Assembly: GCA_977030845.1 (NCBI GenBank)
Contig: OZ365112.1
Span: 16,244,001 to 16,308,000 of the forward strand
DNA length: 64,000 nucleotides
Direction: 5' to 3'
Source: Fimbriosthenelais zetlandica
Lineage: Eukaryota
Below are positions 49,801-64,000 of the stretch, in pieces (positions within the stretch are counted from its first letter, which is position 1; each line of letters opens with the position of its first letter). The position numbers and the translations under genes were made by a program. The notes below the pieces were generated by a model. The model saw only the letters and a program-made list of their open reading frames with translations. It was not told the origin of the DNA and ran no database searches.

Positions 49801-52800
49801 AAACATTTATAATCACGTCTGGAATTAGATTCTAATGAGCAGATTACCATCGATGGATCGTCATTACATTCAGTGATATAATTATCGGTGGCACCATTTT
49901 AAATTATCAGTGAACTGTATTTGAAATTTGATCTATTCATTTCATGATCAATATTGGTTTGGCCTTTCCACTCTCAGACCAGAGTAGTCTACAGAGAACC
50001 AGGTGGAGTGAAATGGCTCCTTTTCTGGAGCCTCCTCATTGAGGCTTTTTATCCTCTGAGCATTCTGAGAGCATCCGAAAACCTCTATACAGATACTGAA
50101 GAAATAGAGGTCCCTTGATCATTGTAATATGTGGGTGTTGGTGTCATATTTCATTAATGGCAACTGCGTCTGTTTGGCATCTCCGGGGAAGGTTCACAGT
50201 AAGTTATTGATTTCCTCTAAATCTATGTCTGAATCTTTGGATGAAATATTAGACAAAATACTTCAGGGATCCTAAAGCTGTCAGGGAGGAGATAACGTAA
50301 ATGACAGCTTTCACTGTGCTCTTCCCTGACTTTTCTGTACTCGTTTACATGACTCATAGGCCTAACATTGAAGATGAGACATAATTTTAACCATATGTAT
50401 GAGATTTAAGAATAACAACAGTTTAACCTATACAAAAGTAGTGAAATAAATATTCAGTATTCGCAGTTTTATGGACAATGGTCTCGTGATAACAGGGTTG
50501 TTGACAGGAGTCACGTGATGTGTGTGACGTTACCAGAAGACCTAGAGATCATGAGTGTTTCCCTCTATGAAGGACCAGCTTCAGGAGCTCTCGTGGTGTA
50601 ACGTGAGGGGAGGCCCTATAGGAACATGCTGTCTAAAACACTCGCGTCTTCTCCTGTCCTCCACGATCCAATCTACCTTCCCTTCATGTTTGGTATTATC
50701 TCTCCCCCAAAAGCCAATTCTTCAGAGCAGGGCAGTGGCCTGAGCTCCAGCATTATGTCTATGGATGCTGGACATGTCAGTGTGCTTGGTAACTAATATG
50801 GAGGCTGTATAGGCCCCTATGGTTTGGAACATTCCCTGCACCAGTGGCCATTGATTATTAATTTATGATGATACCTGGAAGTTTATTGATATTCCTTTCT
50901 TACTTTTTATATTTATCAAACTCAAATGGACCTGGATATTGGATTATTTATTTCTTTGGATCCACCTTCTAAATAACTGTCACAGTTGTTATGATATTCC
51001 TCCCTCGCAAATAAGGAAGTGATAACAAGGTTTCAGGGTTGCCATGTCAGTGTAGCTTAGTGACCATTCCTGCGTACATAGTTTCATTTCCTTTGGCTTC
51101 CTTCATTTCATTATATTATCACCCCATTGTGCTTTGCGTGGGTGGCTCCGCCAGGAAATAACGTCAGACTCTGAAGGTTGAAGCTCTGAATCCCCCTCTT
51201 GTTGTTGGCGGGCCATATGGCGCCTTATTGGTTTATTAGAATCCAATGCCTTTGGGACTTTTAAAGCTGTTTGATGCTTAAAAGATCTGCAGACTCTCTT
51301 AAAGATTATGTTATGAAGAAGATTTCAGCTTTAAGGATAATCCAGTGTTTATGGGAAGGAGCTGGTCCATTATGCCAGATGCAACCATTAGTTACATGCA
51401 GGCTGGTCTGAAGCAGAAAGCAATGTGTTAATTTCTAAAATTGTAGTGACATTATCTTATTTTTTTTTTACAAGCAAGACGGTTCACTTGTGAAAACCTT
51501 GATCGTTCATGGGTATTTACTATGGGGCAGTTCCCATGCATGTCAATTCCCCTCTGCCTGTGAGAGCCAAGAAGCAATCTTGAAGCTATGAAACGAGAAA
51601 CGCAAATGTAACGCCCCCAAGGCCCTGTCTGACCTTCATGGGCCTCATTCAGAGGCATGAACCGTCTTGACAATTCAATTGCTGCCCTAGTTATGACTGC
51701 TTGTGGCACCATCAGTTGTCATTATCTCAGTCTGGTTGCTTTTTGCTGCCATTACACATACTATTATCAAGGTGCTGTTGTGGAAGATATGGCTGTCTGG
51801 GCAACCCTTTGAGTGGATTGCTTTAATGGGGGTGAACTATAGGCCTCCCTGAAAGCAATACAGGGTCTCTTCTATCAGGTCATATATATATCTGTCCTGA
51901 GCATCTGAATTGTGGTAGGAATCCAATCCATATAGGCTGTCATAAAATAGGCGACAGTATTGACTGTCAGTAATTTAAATATTGCCTGAACTTTACTGAT
52001 TTTGTTTCAAAACCGGGCCAAGAAGATTTTAGGATATATAAAGACATCGCGGTTGGATGGTGCCCGTTGTGCCAGACATCCATATTTCACTGGAAATGAT
52101 CTATAGATGCTGAAGGATGGGCTGCAGCCATTGCAAATAGATGTTTGGCATGGAAGTAGTTCCCTCCCTGAGATGGAAGTCTCATGACCTCTGACTGCAG
52201 CAAGTCATAAATTTGGAATGTAGTTTGTGTTTGGATAAGAAAGGCGCACAGCTGACTGGTATACGACAGACTTTGTCTCATCTCCCAGAGGCAGAATCAC
52301 CTAGAGATTTATGTCCTCTGATTTTGGCATCAAAAGCAATCAGGCGCCGTCATCATTCTGTTCTTCTCCAGATAGTTATAGGCTTATTTTTTGATAACAT
52401 TTGATTGGTGGGTATGACATTAGAGTTCAGTACGGCATTTCATGACTTATCTTTGTCAACCTTGCTTTTGGCAAAGGCTGTTCAGAACAAAATACTATAG
52501 AGAGCTAGATGATGAGAGGCTATAGGTAGATTTCGGCAATTAGTAATTGGAGTAGCCTGGGGAATTTTCTTTGAGAGATATTGGATTTTGCCCTGCGCAA
52601 AAGCAAGTGTTCCCTCTTATGATGAATTTGTTAGCCTGCAGTGAGAGCAACCATCTTGATTCATGTGTCTGAACTGTAGAGGGGATAAAGAGACTTTTAA
52701 TACATGGGGCTGTTCATAAAATGGGCCTTACACATGATATATAAACGTTCCTTTTCATCGCCAGTGTTCCCCGGACTTCTAGCTTCTAGTGAGGTCCAAA

Positions 52801-55800
52801 TTTAATCCCCGCTAGGTTGTTCCACCACCCATAAACATGGTTGCTCCACTAGCTTTCCTTTAAGCTTCTACATCGAACAGTTTACAGCATTTCCGGTTCA
52901 TTCCCTGGTCGGCAAATAGCTCCATGATTTGTGGTGATGGGAGAGCAGGACTTAGTGTTGTGAGACGACAGCGTTTCGTTGTAGATCCTCCTGCCCTGGC
53001 TGGAGGAAAAAGTACATCAGAGTAGAAGAAAATGGTCTGAACAAAATATTATCAGTAACAAAATACGATTGACCATGCTTATTGCATAAGGCAATGCAAT
53101 ATAAACACTCAGTGTCTCATACGCAGTCAGGGCCTTTTCGATCTTGTCATAATGTCTCTGACTGACTGGCTGACTGTCTGCTTGAAGATGAATACCAAAT
53201 TACATCTGGTAACTTTTGGGCATCTCCCAGCTGCCATGGCCATTGATTTAGCATTTCATCAGAATGATGTATTCATGAAGATGTTAGGCAGTAATCCCCC
53301 CTCCTTCATCAGTTTAATTCGATTTTGGGACGTCTAATCTGTAGCAGAAGAAATCATCACATTGCTCATCTGATTGCACGAACATATCTGCCACATACTT
53401 GTGTAGTCTCGTGTTTCCTGAACTCTGATGAGGAAGAGACATATTTTTTCCTGTTTGCTACAGAAATGTCAATATTCTGAGATATTACAAATATAGATAA
53501 TAAGTGAAATAGCGCCGAGCAATGAAAGGGTTCACTTGCTGTATTATCATATGGCACTTTCATCTATGTACATATCACTCTTTCCAGATTTTAATTTATT
53601 ATTCTGACCCTGTATATTTGGGCTAACATAGCTGTGGTTCAGGTAACCACGATAGAAATCTCTTCATTGCAAAAGGCTTATATTTCATTCCACCTAGAGT
53701 CATCCAGATGATCCAGAAAGATTGTCAGCATAGACTCGACATGAGGCACTCCTAGGGACTGGGAGGAGAGCAGCTGAGCGAAGGCTCAAGTCTGGGAAGC
53801 GTCCCATTTGGATGCTAAGGCTGGAAGCCTTAAGCAGATTCAGAGTAACGGTGGGCCAGGCTTGCTTTCTTCCCAGCTGTATAATCTGATGCATTGAGGC
53901 AGCTGAGGAGAGCTGCGAGACGTATATTGAGGCTCGGCTTTAGTATGATCCTATAGGATGCTGCTCAAAAACAGAGGCCGCCGTATTGCAGGTCCAAAAA
54001 AGACAGCAAGACCTGACAATTTATCTTCCATCTTGGATAGCAAAATTGAGTTCTCTTTCAAAGGAATGATCATGTCAGATAACACTGATTATATTTCATT
54101 GCAGCATACTCCAATTCTTATTAGTTAAACCGTCCTTTAATAAACCTCTTAAAATAAATAATCGTCGTTAACTAAAAAATTAAATCCTGAGGGAATTAAA
54201 ATGGATCAGCGTCCTCCATTAAATATGTGTTTATATGACAGCCTGATGCCTGGGTGTTTTTAGTATTAAGTCGCTACGTCTATATAGAGCATTGTTATTC
54301 CCGCTTATAAGTGCACAACAAAGTCGTTAAAATGGCTTACGAAGCATTCTGCAAAACTGCTTGCTATAAAGAGGATAGAAATTAGTTTTTATAATTTTTG
54401 GAAGCCCACTGAAATGTATTATTTTATCATACTACACTTAGTGAAATATTCTGAATCTAATACGATGTATGTATATACATGTTGACATGATGTATATATT
54501 ATGTTCCTATAAATACATGCATCAGGAGCATACCATTCACTCTGTCTATTATAATGCAGCGGACTGCTCTTCAATCGAGTCAAATGAGATGCAATCAAAT
54601 GCCATCGACTGGGACATCCATATGTTCTGGATAGAATCGCATTACGCCGCCTATACAATTATATATATAATGTTACTGTTGTGTATTGGGACGGATGTAT
54701 TTTCATCTTTTCTTCAGCAATACACCGCTGGGACTCGTGATGCTTTTGAGTGCTAAAGTCCTTCATGAAAAGGATACAAAGCGAGGGATATTTCCGAGGA
54801 GATAGTCACCATCTGAATATTGCAAAATATTGTGATATGATTATGGTATAACCGAATAACCTCCATCTGGGCGCCCAGTGCTCAGGCCTAATTTGATTTA
54901 CAGATATAAACCTGGCACCACCCTGTGGTACCATGTTAAAACAGTAGCGATGGGTGGTATTGGTGGCTGTATGCAGGACAGGCACTGGGGAAACCACCAG
55001 AGATAATCAGACGGGGAATCACCCAGCTCGTGATTGGCATAATGATCATCCAAGGCAGGAGCTGTTGCTGGTGGATGTCACTCCGTGGAATGCTGTCTGA
55101 TTTTTACGGGCCTTCAAATGACATGCACCTATTGCAGTTCATGTCTAAACATGGCCTCCTCTATTTCACTATGGATTTAAGTGAGGCTCTTCTGAGTACA
55201 AGTTTAGTCTGGGACCCCCAGTAAAATTCCGAAAGTCTTGTTTTTTCATATTTAACCTCATTCACACAATCATCTTAAGTTTACGAAATTTCCTCCCAGT
55301 CAGTGCTCCAATTGTTCAAATGTGGCGTGGGAAAACTGTCGGTATTTGTCCTTTTTCTTTTCTCTCGCTAATGGCTTTAGCACCTAGAAGTTTGGCACTT
55401 TCTTAATGGGAAAGTGGTGAGTCGATCGCCTCAACTCTAGTAGAAGTGGCATTCTAGAGGATTTCGAATGTAATTTAACTCTACTTTGTCGTCTACTTCA
55501 GACACAATAAAAGGTAGTCTAATCTCAGGGATTTCAAACCTGGAGACTCCGAGACTTGGAGGAGTGCACATTACCCCCAAGGAATAGCAATGAGCTTTGA
55601 ATGTCTTTTTAGAATACTGATGTGATCCTATAGCACTTTGACAAGCTAGTCTCCTCGTCCTGTGTGGTTGTGGGTAAACGCCCCATCGCCTGACATTGTG
55701 TCTCCGGTCGCCAGCCATGGATCAATGGATTCGAGAGGAGACCTGCTGGGGGAAATACTACTGTGTTGGGTGAAGAAATAGAAGGGGCCAACAATCACAG

Positions 55801-58800
55801 TTCCTTGTTTTCTTCACGGGTGGCGTTGTTGACTAGCTCTGGGCCAGACATCAGCATCCATTAATGCGTGCCTTAATCAATACCAGAACACGTTGAAAGA
55901 AAGGCACAAGCCGTGAAATTGAAATGGCATTTGATCTATGTTTCTTCACGCGTGTGATCCTCATGTTTAAATGGGAGGCTTTGGCTGAGATCATGGTGAT
56001 TATTTTTGACTGTTTAGTCGTTAGATCTAGATATGATTGTCAATTTCCATTTCAATAGATTTGTTTTTGTTATCAATCTAAAATATTTAATACTTTGAAT
56101 AGAAATAAGACAATAGATGCATATCTTATGGCGAGAAAAACTCCGAACTGTTGAAATGTTCCACTGCCAGTGTTCTTCGCAGTGTAGGCAGCTCCTTCTG
56201 GCCTTGTGGTCTTCCTCAAGTATGCAGAAGATGAGGTTTTTACTTCGTTTCCCAGCTCCAGAGTAGAATACAAATCCTGGTTTCTAGCTTTGACTGGAGT
56301 ACCATACCGGGCATAATATTCACATCAGGAAGATAGGTTTGAAAGCGGCTATCTTCACGGTCCCTTGGATATGGCTCCCAGTCAAACAAAATGTTGTATA
56401 GAGAGGTGGAAATGGCTCTATGTGTGCGATCATAAACCACCGAAGACAGTATTTATAAAGCAGTCGTGGGTACTGTAACAATACCCAGGAGGCTTCTCCT
56501 GTGAGACCCAAAATAATTAATTAATAATTAATTTCCAAATGTCTCCCTATAATCATATTTCTTACCCTGCCATGAATTATGCAGATGATTGCCCTTTTGG
56601 GGATTATGCAAAGATCAGTTTTTTTTCTCTTCAATTAAATATAGATAAAAACTGGAGTTATTCTTGTTGCTTCTTCATTCAACATGGAAAGATTTGAGGT
56701 TGGTGATTGTAAACCTCTGTAGAAATGTACAAGAATGGCATTTGAATTCAGCCATTTGTAAATCTACTTGACGGGTTCGATGGTCTTTCCTTTATCGCTA
56801 GCGCTGCAGGACTCTCTTGGATAATAAGAGGACAATTGAGTGGTGGTCTTTAAGGGACACTCTGGTGGCTCTGTACTAGGAAAGCACACTACAGAGACAG
56901 ATAAGTTACTCAAAGCTAGAACCTCTCTGACGTCCCAACAGACGCAGCTATAGAAGTACCTGTTAGTCTTGACTCGGAACGTGCTACTATATAAATACTT
57001 AATATTTACATGGGAAAACCACAGTAAGAGAGATTGTAACACAATAACGTAACCGTGGACGACCACTATCATGCACGCAGCATCCATTTATCCATTCATT
57101 TATCACACGTCCCCATTCACCCATCCATGCGCCATCACACTCATGTCTTGCAATATAGTACTGCATTGTGTGGTATAAGGAGAAGTGATTTTGCAGCAGG
57201 CCTAGCAAGTTGGTGATTGAGCATCCTGGAGAGGTTAGGGGAGCACATAAATCTCGATATCTTTTAGTTTCTAGCCATCCTGTTTCACAGCACTGTGTGG
57301 TACAGCCTCTTACAAATGACCTCCCGAGAGGCGAGCAAGAATGGCATTTTCTTTCCCCATCATCGTTCACCCTCCATCTCCCAACAATATTTACGTAAAG
57401 CATAAGGTGTATATATGGAAGGGTAGAGAGTCTGGTCCATGGCTCCATATGATGGACCTCTTTAAACCCTATTAGGTTAATATCTCTAAAATACAGTCAT
57501 TTATCTCTGGAATTTCCTGCCCATCTGGGACTAATAAAAATGTTGTGTCTGGCTTTTATACTGCAGCATAATACTTGCCTTTGGTATACAAAGTGTTAGC
57601 CAACACCCACCAGACATTTTGAAGTTCCTGTTTTATTATAAATAGTTTTCCTGGAGAAACCACAAGGTTAAATCTGTTTGGTAGTTCACATGCATAGTGC
57701 ACATTTCCCTTGCTTTAGCAGCGTAAATAATTATTATCTACTTAATATATGGCTTGAGACAATTCAGCACACAATGAAGATGTGACGTAATAAAAGTGTA
57801 TTCTAGACATATGTATATATGTAATTTCAGTCTGCAATGCGTCCATTCTTCATGAGTAAACAGATCGTTAACTATTTCACATGCAATGGTCATCAACTGC
57901 ATCGGTATTAATGAAATAAGTATATAAAAAGATTTTATTATGCTTTACCAACTGCTCATAGATATCCGTCGACTTGCATTAATGGCAAGGAATGTGAAGT
58001 AATATTGATCCCTGTTTACAGCTTTGTGTGGAAATAGTGGCTATATTTCTCAATAGTTTGCTTATCAATTCTCAAGCGAACGCTCATGACCTGTAATTTC
58101 CAGGGCCGTTCATGGGATTTAAGTTCCCCATATGTTACTTTATCTTTCACTCTGATGATGGCAAAGTATTGTTTTTACTTGCCTCACTGCCGCTGCTGAT
58201 GGCATGTATGAGGATTAGTGGCGTTCTATGTTTTCTTTTAATACTTGTTAATCCCTTGAATTACTGCTTCCGGAAGCTTTAAATAACATGTTTATACAAC
58301 TCCAACTGTATTCCTGAGATGAAATCCTCAAAAACATAATGATGTATGCATGGGGATTTTCATGAATAGTTTTTAGGATGTATTGGAAGATAAATGTTCA
58401 TGGAATTCATCTGATAAAAGATCTTCCTTAAAGTGAATGGCTTTAGGTTATATTGACGTTATATTTGAACTGTTCAATCGAGCTTACCATGGCATGATAT
58501 ATGAATGAAGTTCAACCCTCATCCTTTCATCTTGAGAGTGGAGAGGATTACTTGGGGTCAAGATTGGGTCACTGTGCAATGATTGAAAATGTGACCTCAA
58601 TTGTTCCTTCATCTCATCTTATCACCAAATCTCTGTTCTAAATGGAATTTATAAGGACGTAAAACATTATATGAGATCACCAATTTGTGGATCCTGTTAC
58701 TCAAGTCGCAGCCATAAGAAAGTAGTTCCATATCGATGGATTCTACAGCGCCTCGCTACCCACAGTCCTATCAAAACTCAGTCAGCTGCAATGATAAAAG

Positions 58801-61634
58801 ATGTCTTCCCTGTAATGAAGAATCACAGAGACATTTATTATTATCTTCATATGAATGGCTTCCCATGAAATGAAAAAAAAACCTTTTATTGGAAAGAACC
58901 GTGTGATATATATGAGAGCTTCCGAGTCCGTATCTGGACTTATTCACTTTTTACTCTGTAGCACAGTCGACTCGATTGCCTGCCACAAGTGATATAGTTA
59001 AGTTATTTATCATTGATGATGTATGTTTCCTGATATACATAAGAAAATGATGCATGCTGTATACATATAAAAAGGAATTCCATAAAATCCTTATATATAC
59101 AGTGTCTTTGGTAAGGAACTTATACAACTCTTTTAAATGTAAAAGGTAATCCAAGCTCCTCTCATGTGTACTTGCAGGGGTTTTTTTCAGGCCTCAGAAT
59201 TGGAATAAGCTAGCTCCCCGGGGTACCTTTCTTGCCCCTATGCAGAACTTTGAGAAAACATCAAATAACCCAAATGATGGCCTGTTTATAGTAGATCTGA
59301 ACATAAGAGCTCATATCGTTTTGTCACCAGCCAAGACCATGACATGTTCTCGTGAACTAGGGTCATTATACCTCAGTGAGGACACGGCATTAGGCACCTT
59401 ACTGGTGAATTTCATGCTAGCTAAGATGGATCAGCCAAAATGATTTATCGACAGGATCAGTGCAAGGTGGGATTATCTATATTTTTGCTATGGAGAGGGC
59501 CGCGTTGTGTGTCAGGAATGATTGAACGGTCTAGTCATGGGGAAGGGGAGAGAGGGGAAAGAGAGAAGGAGAATGATCAAGCCACTAGCTTTGCCTCTGC
59601 TTCTAGAAGACTGATCTAGGCTATTCTTCTTTCACAGCAGAGGTTATGGTGGATTAAGGACGGTCATTGAAAGGCTTTAGTCCACAAGAACATGTTTAAA
59701 TCAGCCCTCGTAATGGGAGAGGGCATGGAGAGGAAGTAACATGTCACGGTTCTTGGTTTAATGTTGATAGACTTATAGTGTCTTTATTTAGGATCAGGTC
59801 AGCCAAGGCTTCATTCAGAGCATCCAGGCTGGTTGTGATAGCCTTCAGAAAGTAACCCTTGTTGTTTGCTCTGCTCTCAGAGCTATTGTGTGCAACAAAA
59901 TGAATATTTTGTGTCAAGGGATAGTAAATTTCAAGAAATAGTTAATTTGAGTTGAGTTGAGTTAAGGGATACATACATGCACATTATATGGTTGGCAGTC
60001 AGTTTAGTTAGGGTTTGTATTGACCATATTAATCCAGCATAATAGGCCTGTGGAACCTATAGATACCTTGGTGTTTATTGTGACTGGTCAGACATGGGGA
60101 AGGACATGGGATGGGGTTAACACCCATGCACAAAGGATTCTGCACCTAGAGATACTGGGATCTTCTTATAATACAGTTATAAACTCTCATCTAAGGCCTA
60201 TGTCCAATTATTTTGCAACAGGTGGAGGTACTTAAAGTAATGGCCCAACAATATAGGACACAATGAATCTCCCACTTCATGCAACCAAGGGTAATAGGGT
60301 GGCAGTCCAGTTACAGGAGCTTGTCGATCTATCTGTATAGATCTGAATAATAAACTGACAGCTGATTATGCAAAATAAAGAAACCGAAAACCATAACTAC
60401 TCTGTTGGCCCATTGAAGAAAGCATTTTCAAATCGTTTTATACAAATCCTGTATAATATAGGTCTATTGAGTAGGCCTACTAGAATCTCTACATGTCTAT
60501 TTTTGAAAAAAAATCCAAGTGGGGCAAATGTTTGATAGAAACATAGTACTAGGCATACCCAAGAAGTCCCATGGTACATAATGCTGCATAATGATGGTGG
60601 ATTCCATATTCTACAAGCAATGACCATTTCCAAACATGAATTACCACCAGACAAAATATTACAATAGTAGGCCTAAAGTTTGTTGTGTACTTGTGACACA
60701 TGTGAAAATTTACCAATGTAGACCTGCCAATATACCTTATTTAATCTACAAAACAAGATCCTTAACCAGTGGAACTTCAAACTGAAGCCATTGACATAGG
60801 CTATTTCGTGTGTGTGTCTATGGAGGCAAATTATAATAAAATGTGAAAAGAAGTGGTGTTTTGGGGAATTGGTGGTATGCACAGCTACGCGAACCTGGCG
60901 GTATCGCTCATGTGCATACCTGTAGGGTTTTGTGTGAGCAGACATTTGTGACATGTTTTCATTAATGAATCTAAAGTTACAAAAATGGATTTTGAGTTAG
61001 ATGTTAGATTCTTATAGAGATTACAAGTGTTATAATGATATATATAATGACAAAATAACACTTAGAGATGTGAAAAATATTTATATAATTTCAATGAAAT
61101 TTCAAGTAGTGAAAGCAGAAACTAGAAGAAAAATCACTAGGAAACAAGAGAAAACTCACAAAGTTGAAACTTTCTCAATTTAACTCAGAAATTGTATACT
61201 TGCTTTTAATGCAAAAATGCAAAGAGAAATAAATGCTTTCAGGCATGTAGCGCTGAAAGGGCCTGGAAAACTTTATACTCATTTCGTGAAAACGCTTCAC
61301 ATTTATTTAGAAACATTTTGACAACTAATTTTAATCATTGCTGACATGGGCAATGTACCAGGGATTTGTTAGCAATCAAATTCTGGCCAATACAATTCCA
61401 ATGGTACAATGATGACTGCTGAGTTATGAACATGAATGGCATTTTATATGTATGATAATGATCATGAATATCAGAACTAAATTCATATATAGAAAAGGTT
61501 GTGAGACTGAGGGTTAAGTAGTTGAAGGCACATACAATATAGTCATCAGAGGCGGTCAAGAGAGTAGTACAGAATATGTGAAGTAAGAAGCAGAGATCAT
61601 ACTGAGAAGTTGTGAAACACATAGGGATGGTGCA

Positions 61635-61712
61635 GGTAGAGAGGGGAAAGGGGGAGGAAGGGGAAGGGGGGAGGGGGAGGGGGAGAGGGTGGGGAAAGAG
61701 AGAAGGAGATAA
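61635..61712 (+). repeat. Near-pure polypurine tract of GGGGA/GGGGGA units
   Basis: Read directly. Confidence 0.9.
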
Positions 61713-64000
61713 GACCACATCATTAAACCTCAATGAGTATAGGCTGTATATTCTAACCTAAATATGATAGGTAAAAGAGAAACATTTCTGAATTTCATTA
61801 AACCAACCAAATCAACTCATTCCTATATTTCCATCTGCTAATTATCAAAAGTACTTATGCAAAACAATTAATTATAATCTTTTCTGTCACCCGTTAGGCC
61901 AAGTAACTGGCCAAGTAACTGGAACAAATATCAGTAACTTATTTGTAAATGCAGGCCCTGACATTGGTAGGTATAACAATGTCTCGTAACATAATTGTCA
62001 TCAAACGCAAAGGCAATAGATTTGCTGTGGGTTAAGTGAATATGACAATTATATAGGGAATCAATGTGTGGATATTGACCATGGAAAGTGAGTTAAAAAA
62101 ACAATGATTACAGTGCCTCCTCTTTAAAAAATAAAATGCAACTGAAGATTTAAATTGTTCATATACAACGGAGACTTTAGATTTTGTTTTTTCGTAAACC
62201 ATACGATATATAGGAAAAAGACTATCTTGAATTAAATAGATCATATTAGAGCAATGTCAAATGAATGAGTGGAGTTAGAATAGGCCTAGAAAAGGGAAAA
62301 AGAGATTGTATAGGCATGGTTAATTGTTTATAACATTGTCGAAAATTGTGTGTGACTGAAATTTAATTTAATGTGTATTATAGGGATATAGTAATAGCAG
62401 GTTTACAAGATGCATGGCAGTAAAAAAACATTGTGTAGATCCTTGTTGCAAATATAGACGTACCGTCGTGCAATTGTAAAAGAAATGGGGATAAATCATT
62501 CAGTGAAGAATTTCATTGAAAGATCCTATTCTTGTTCAGGGTAGTCCAGTGTGCGAATGGGAAGTCTATGGCGTATATATGCTGTGGTGGTTTTACCCTA
62601 ACTGAATGACCCAATGTTTTTTCTCTATGTTGACCAGGCAAAATAAGCTGTAGGCTATGGAAGTTGTTGATACCCAATCACTGAGTTATAATTGTTTGAA
62701 TGGAATTTTCACAGATCAGTGGTCACGGTTTGAAGAGGCGCCGGGTATGGGAGTAGGGGCAAGGTACTTGAAAGCAAAGTGGATGCCTATAATTAATATA
62801 TAGTCTATACCCGGGCTCTATGTCAAGGACACGCGAAGGTGCATTAATTTAGTAAAATGTGAGAAATTTAAGGCTACTCCTTGGGAGGTGATTTGTTGCA
62901 AAATTTTAGAAAAATTAATATTAGGCCCTATATTTTATTAAAGAAAACGATTTGTTTTATGTAATGAATGCCCTATTAAATCAAATTGTTACTTTTCATA
63001 TCTGCTATGGATGCTTTATAATGTTGCTTTTAGTACAGTAACTTCACCTTGTTTAATAAATGTCTTTAAAAGGATGTCTTTTTGAACATAAAATGCTGAG
63101 GAAGAGTAAGACGGTGAACATTGAGCACGAACATGCACACCCAGTTTAGTTGGAAGTACCCCATGGATTATATTGGTTGTGTTCGAGAACCGTCGTCCTA
63201 GTAGTAAATAGTAGTTAAATATTAACAGTTTTATTTCGTCAATTTTTCATCTTTTGCTTCTGATAAATTTCTTAAAAATAGCATAGGATCCTTTATAAGC
63301 AATGTTTAAATCATTTCACGCGGAAAAAATACAACGTCAATGGGGAGATTATTGAGAAATCAGCATGGAAAGACGTCTACGTGTTTGAGTCTTTTTCCTT
63401 CTTAGTGTGGGGCCCTGATTAGGGTTTTGGTATACCTTGCAGGCCTACAGAGGCCTAACTGGGGCCGATTTGACCAGTAATCAAGTCCGAACTTTTAATT
63501 GAAGTGCTAAGTGTAGAAAGTGCTGAAGAATTAAGCGTACATGAACTATATGGTACCAATATCACAAGTGACCACACGTCTGACATGAGAATAATAATGC
63601 TTGTTTATCATTGAATTGCATTAAAGACGTACATGGCTATAAATAGAATGTTTATTTAATAAAAGAAGAAAATTAATTGATCCCGGAGGCTCTCATTCGT
63701 CAGGGTATTAAGAAGCTTTTGTCTGATAAGGCAGTAGATGCTGCACCCACCTCCCAATCGAAAACCTATTGAAATCAATATGAATCATTGCAGGAGGGCC
63801 CTCTGTGATTGCAGATGTCAGTGTTTACCTCAGTTCTGCCATATCTTAAGGCTTATTAATTTCATTGAAAAAAGGTTTAGCTTATTTTGGCCGATGGAAT
63901 GGTTTCTTTTATTTACTTTCTGTTCCTCTAATTAAAATGGTATTACAAAGCTCCTCAGAATAAAGGAACTCTTTCCATCATGAATATGACAAGTTATGAA

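Noticed and set aside
53900-54100. LAVFLDL as a LINE RT domain-3 motif
   Set aside because: It is not followed by KAFD, and no QG or YADD motifs were found downstream.
56999-57448. 149-aa Cys-rich minus-strand ORF as a gene or CxC transposase
   Set aside because: No convincing splice context or recognisable motif spacing; treated as part of the decayed intronic sequence.
1278-63935. Most remaining 60-110 aa ORFs in the supplied track
   Set aside because: Their lengths and compositions are what chance gives in AT-rich intronic DNA; many start at GTG or TTG and lack splice signals.

Overview
AT-rich, CpG-poor eukaryotic genomic DNA with long introns. An invertebrate animal, possibly an echinoderm, is my inference and not proven. 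Features I can support: (1) the last two coding exons of an unidentified + strand gene (227-1015); (2) a run of minus-strand exons (10.9 kb, 8.0 kb, 7.3 kb, 3.0 kb), the last three joining in phase into an acidic Ser/Asp-rich C-terminus; (3) a minus-strand exon at 29.0-29.7 kb encoding a divergent ParB/Srx-like domain plus low-complexity sequence, which may be the start of the same gene; (4) a CpG-richer bidirectional promoter at about 35.6-36.3 kb with CRE palindromes, a three-copy 22-bp CRE-half/ETS repeat and a YY1 site, flanked by a dense field of TAGGCCTA-type palindromes; (5) the first three coding exons of a PTCD1-like mitochondrial PPR gene on the + strand (38489-39561), whose next exon I could not find in the remaining 24 kb. 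The introns hold minisatellites, short tandem duplications, one recognisable Gypsy integrase fragment and several kilobase-scale decayed coding-like blocks that I cannot assign without database searches. No rRNA, tRNA or CRISPR array was found.
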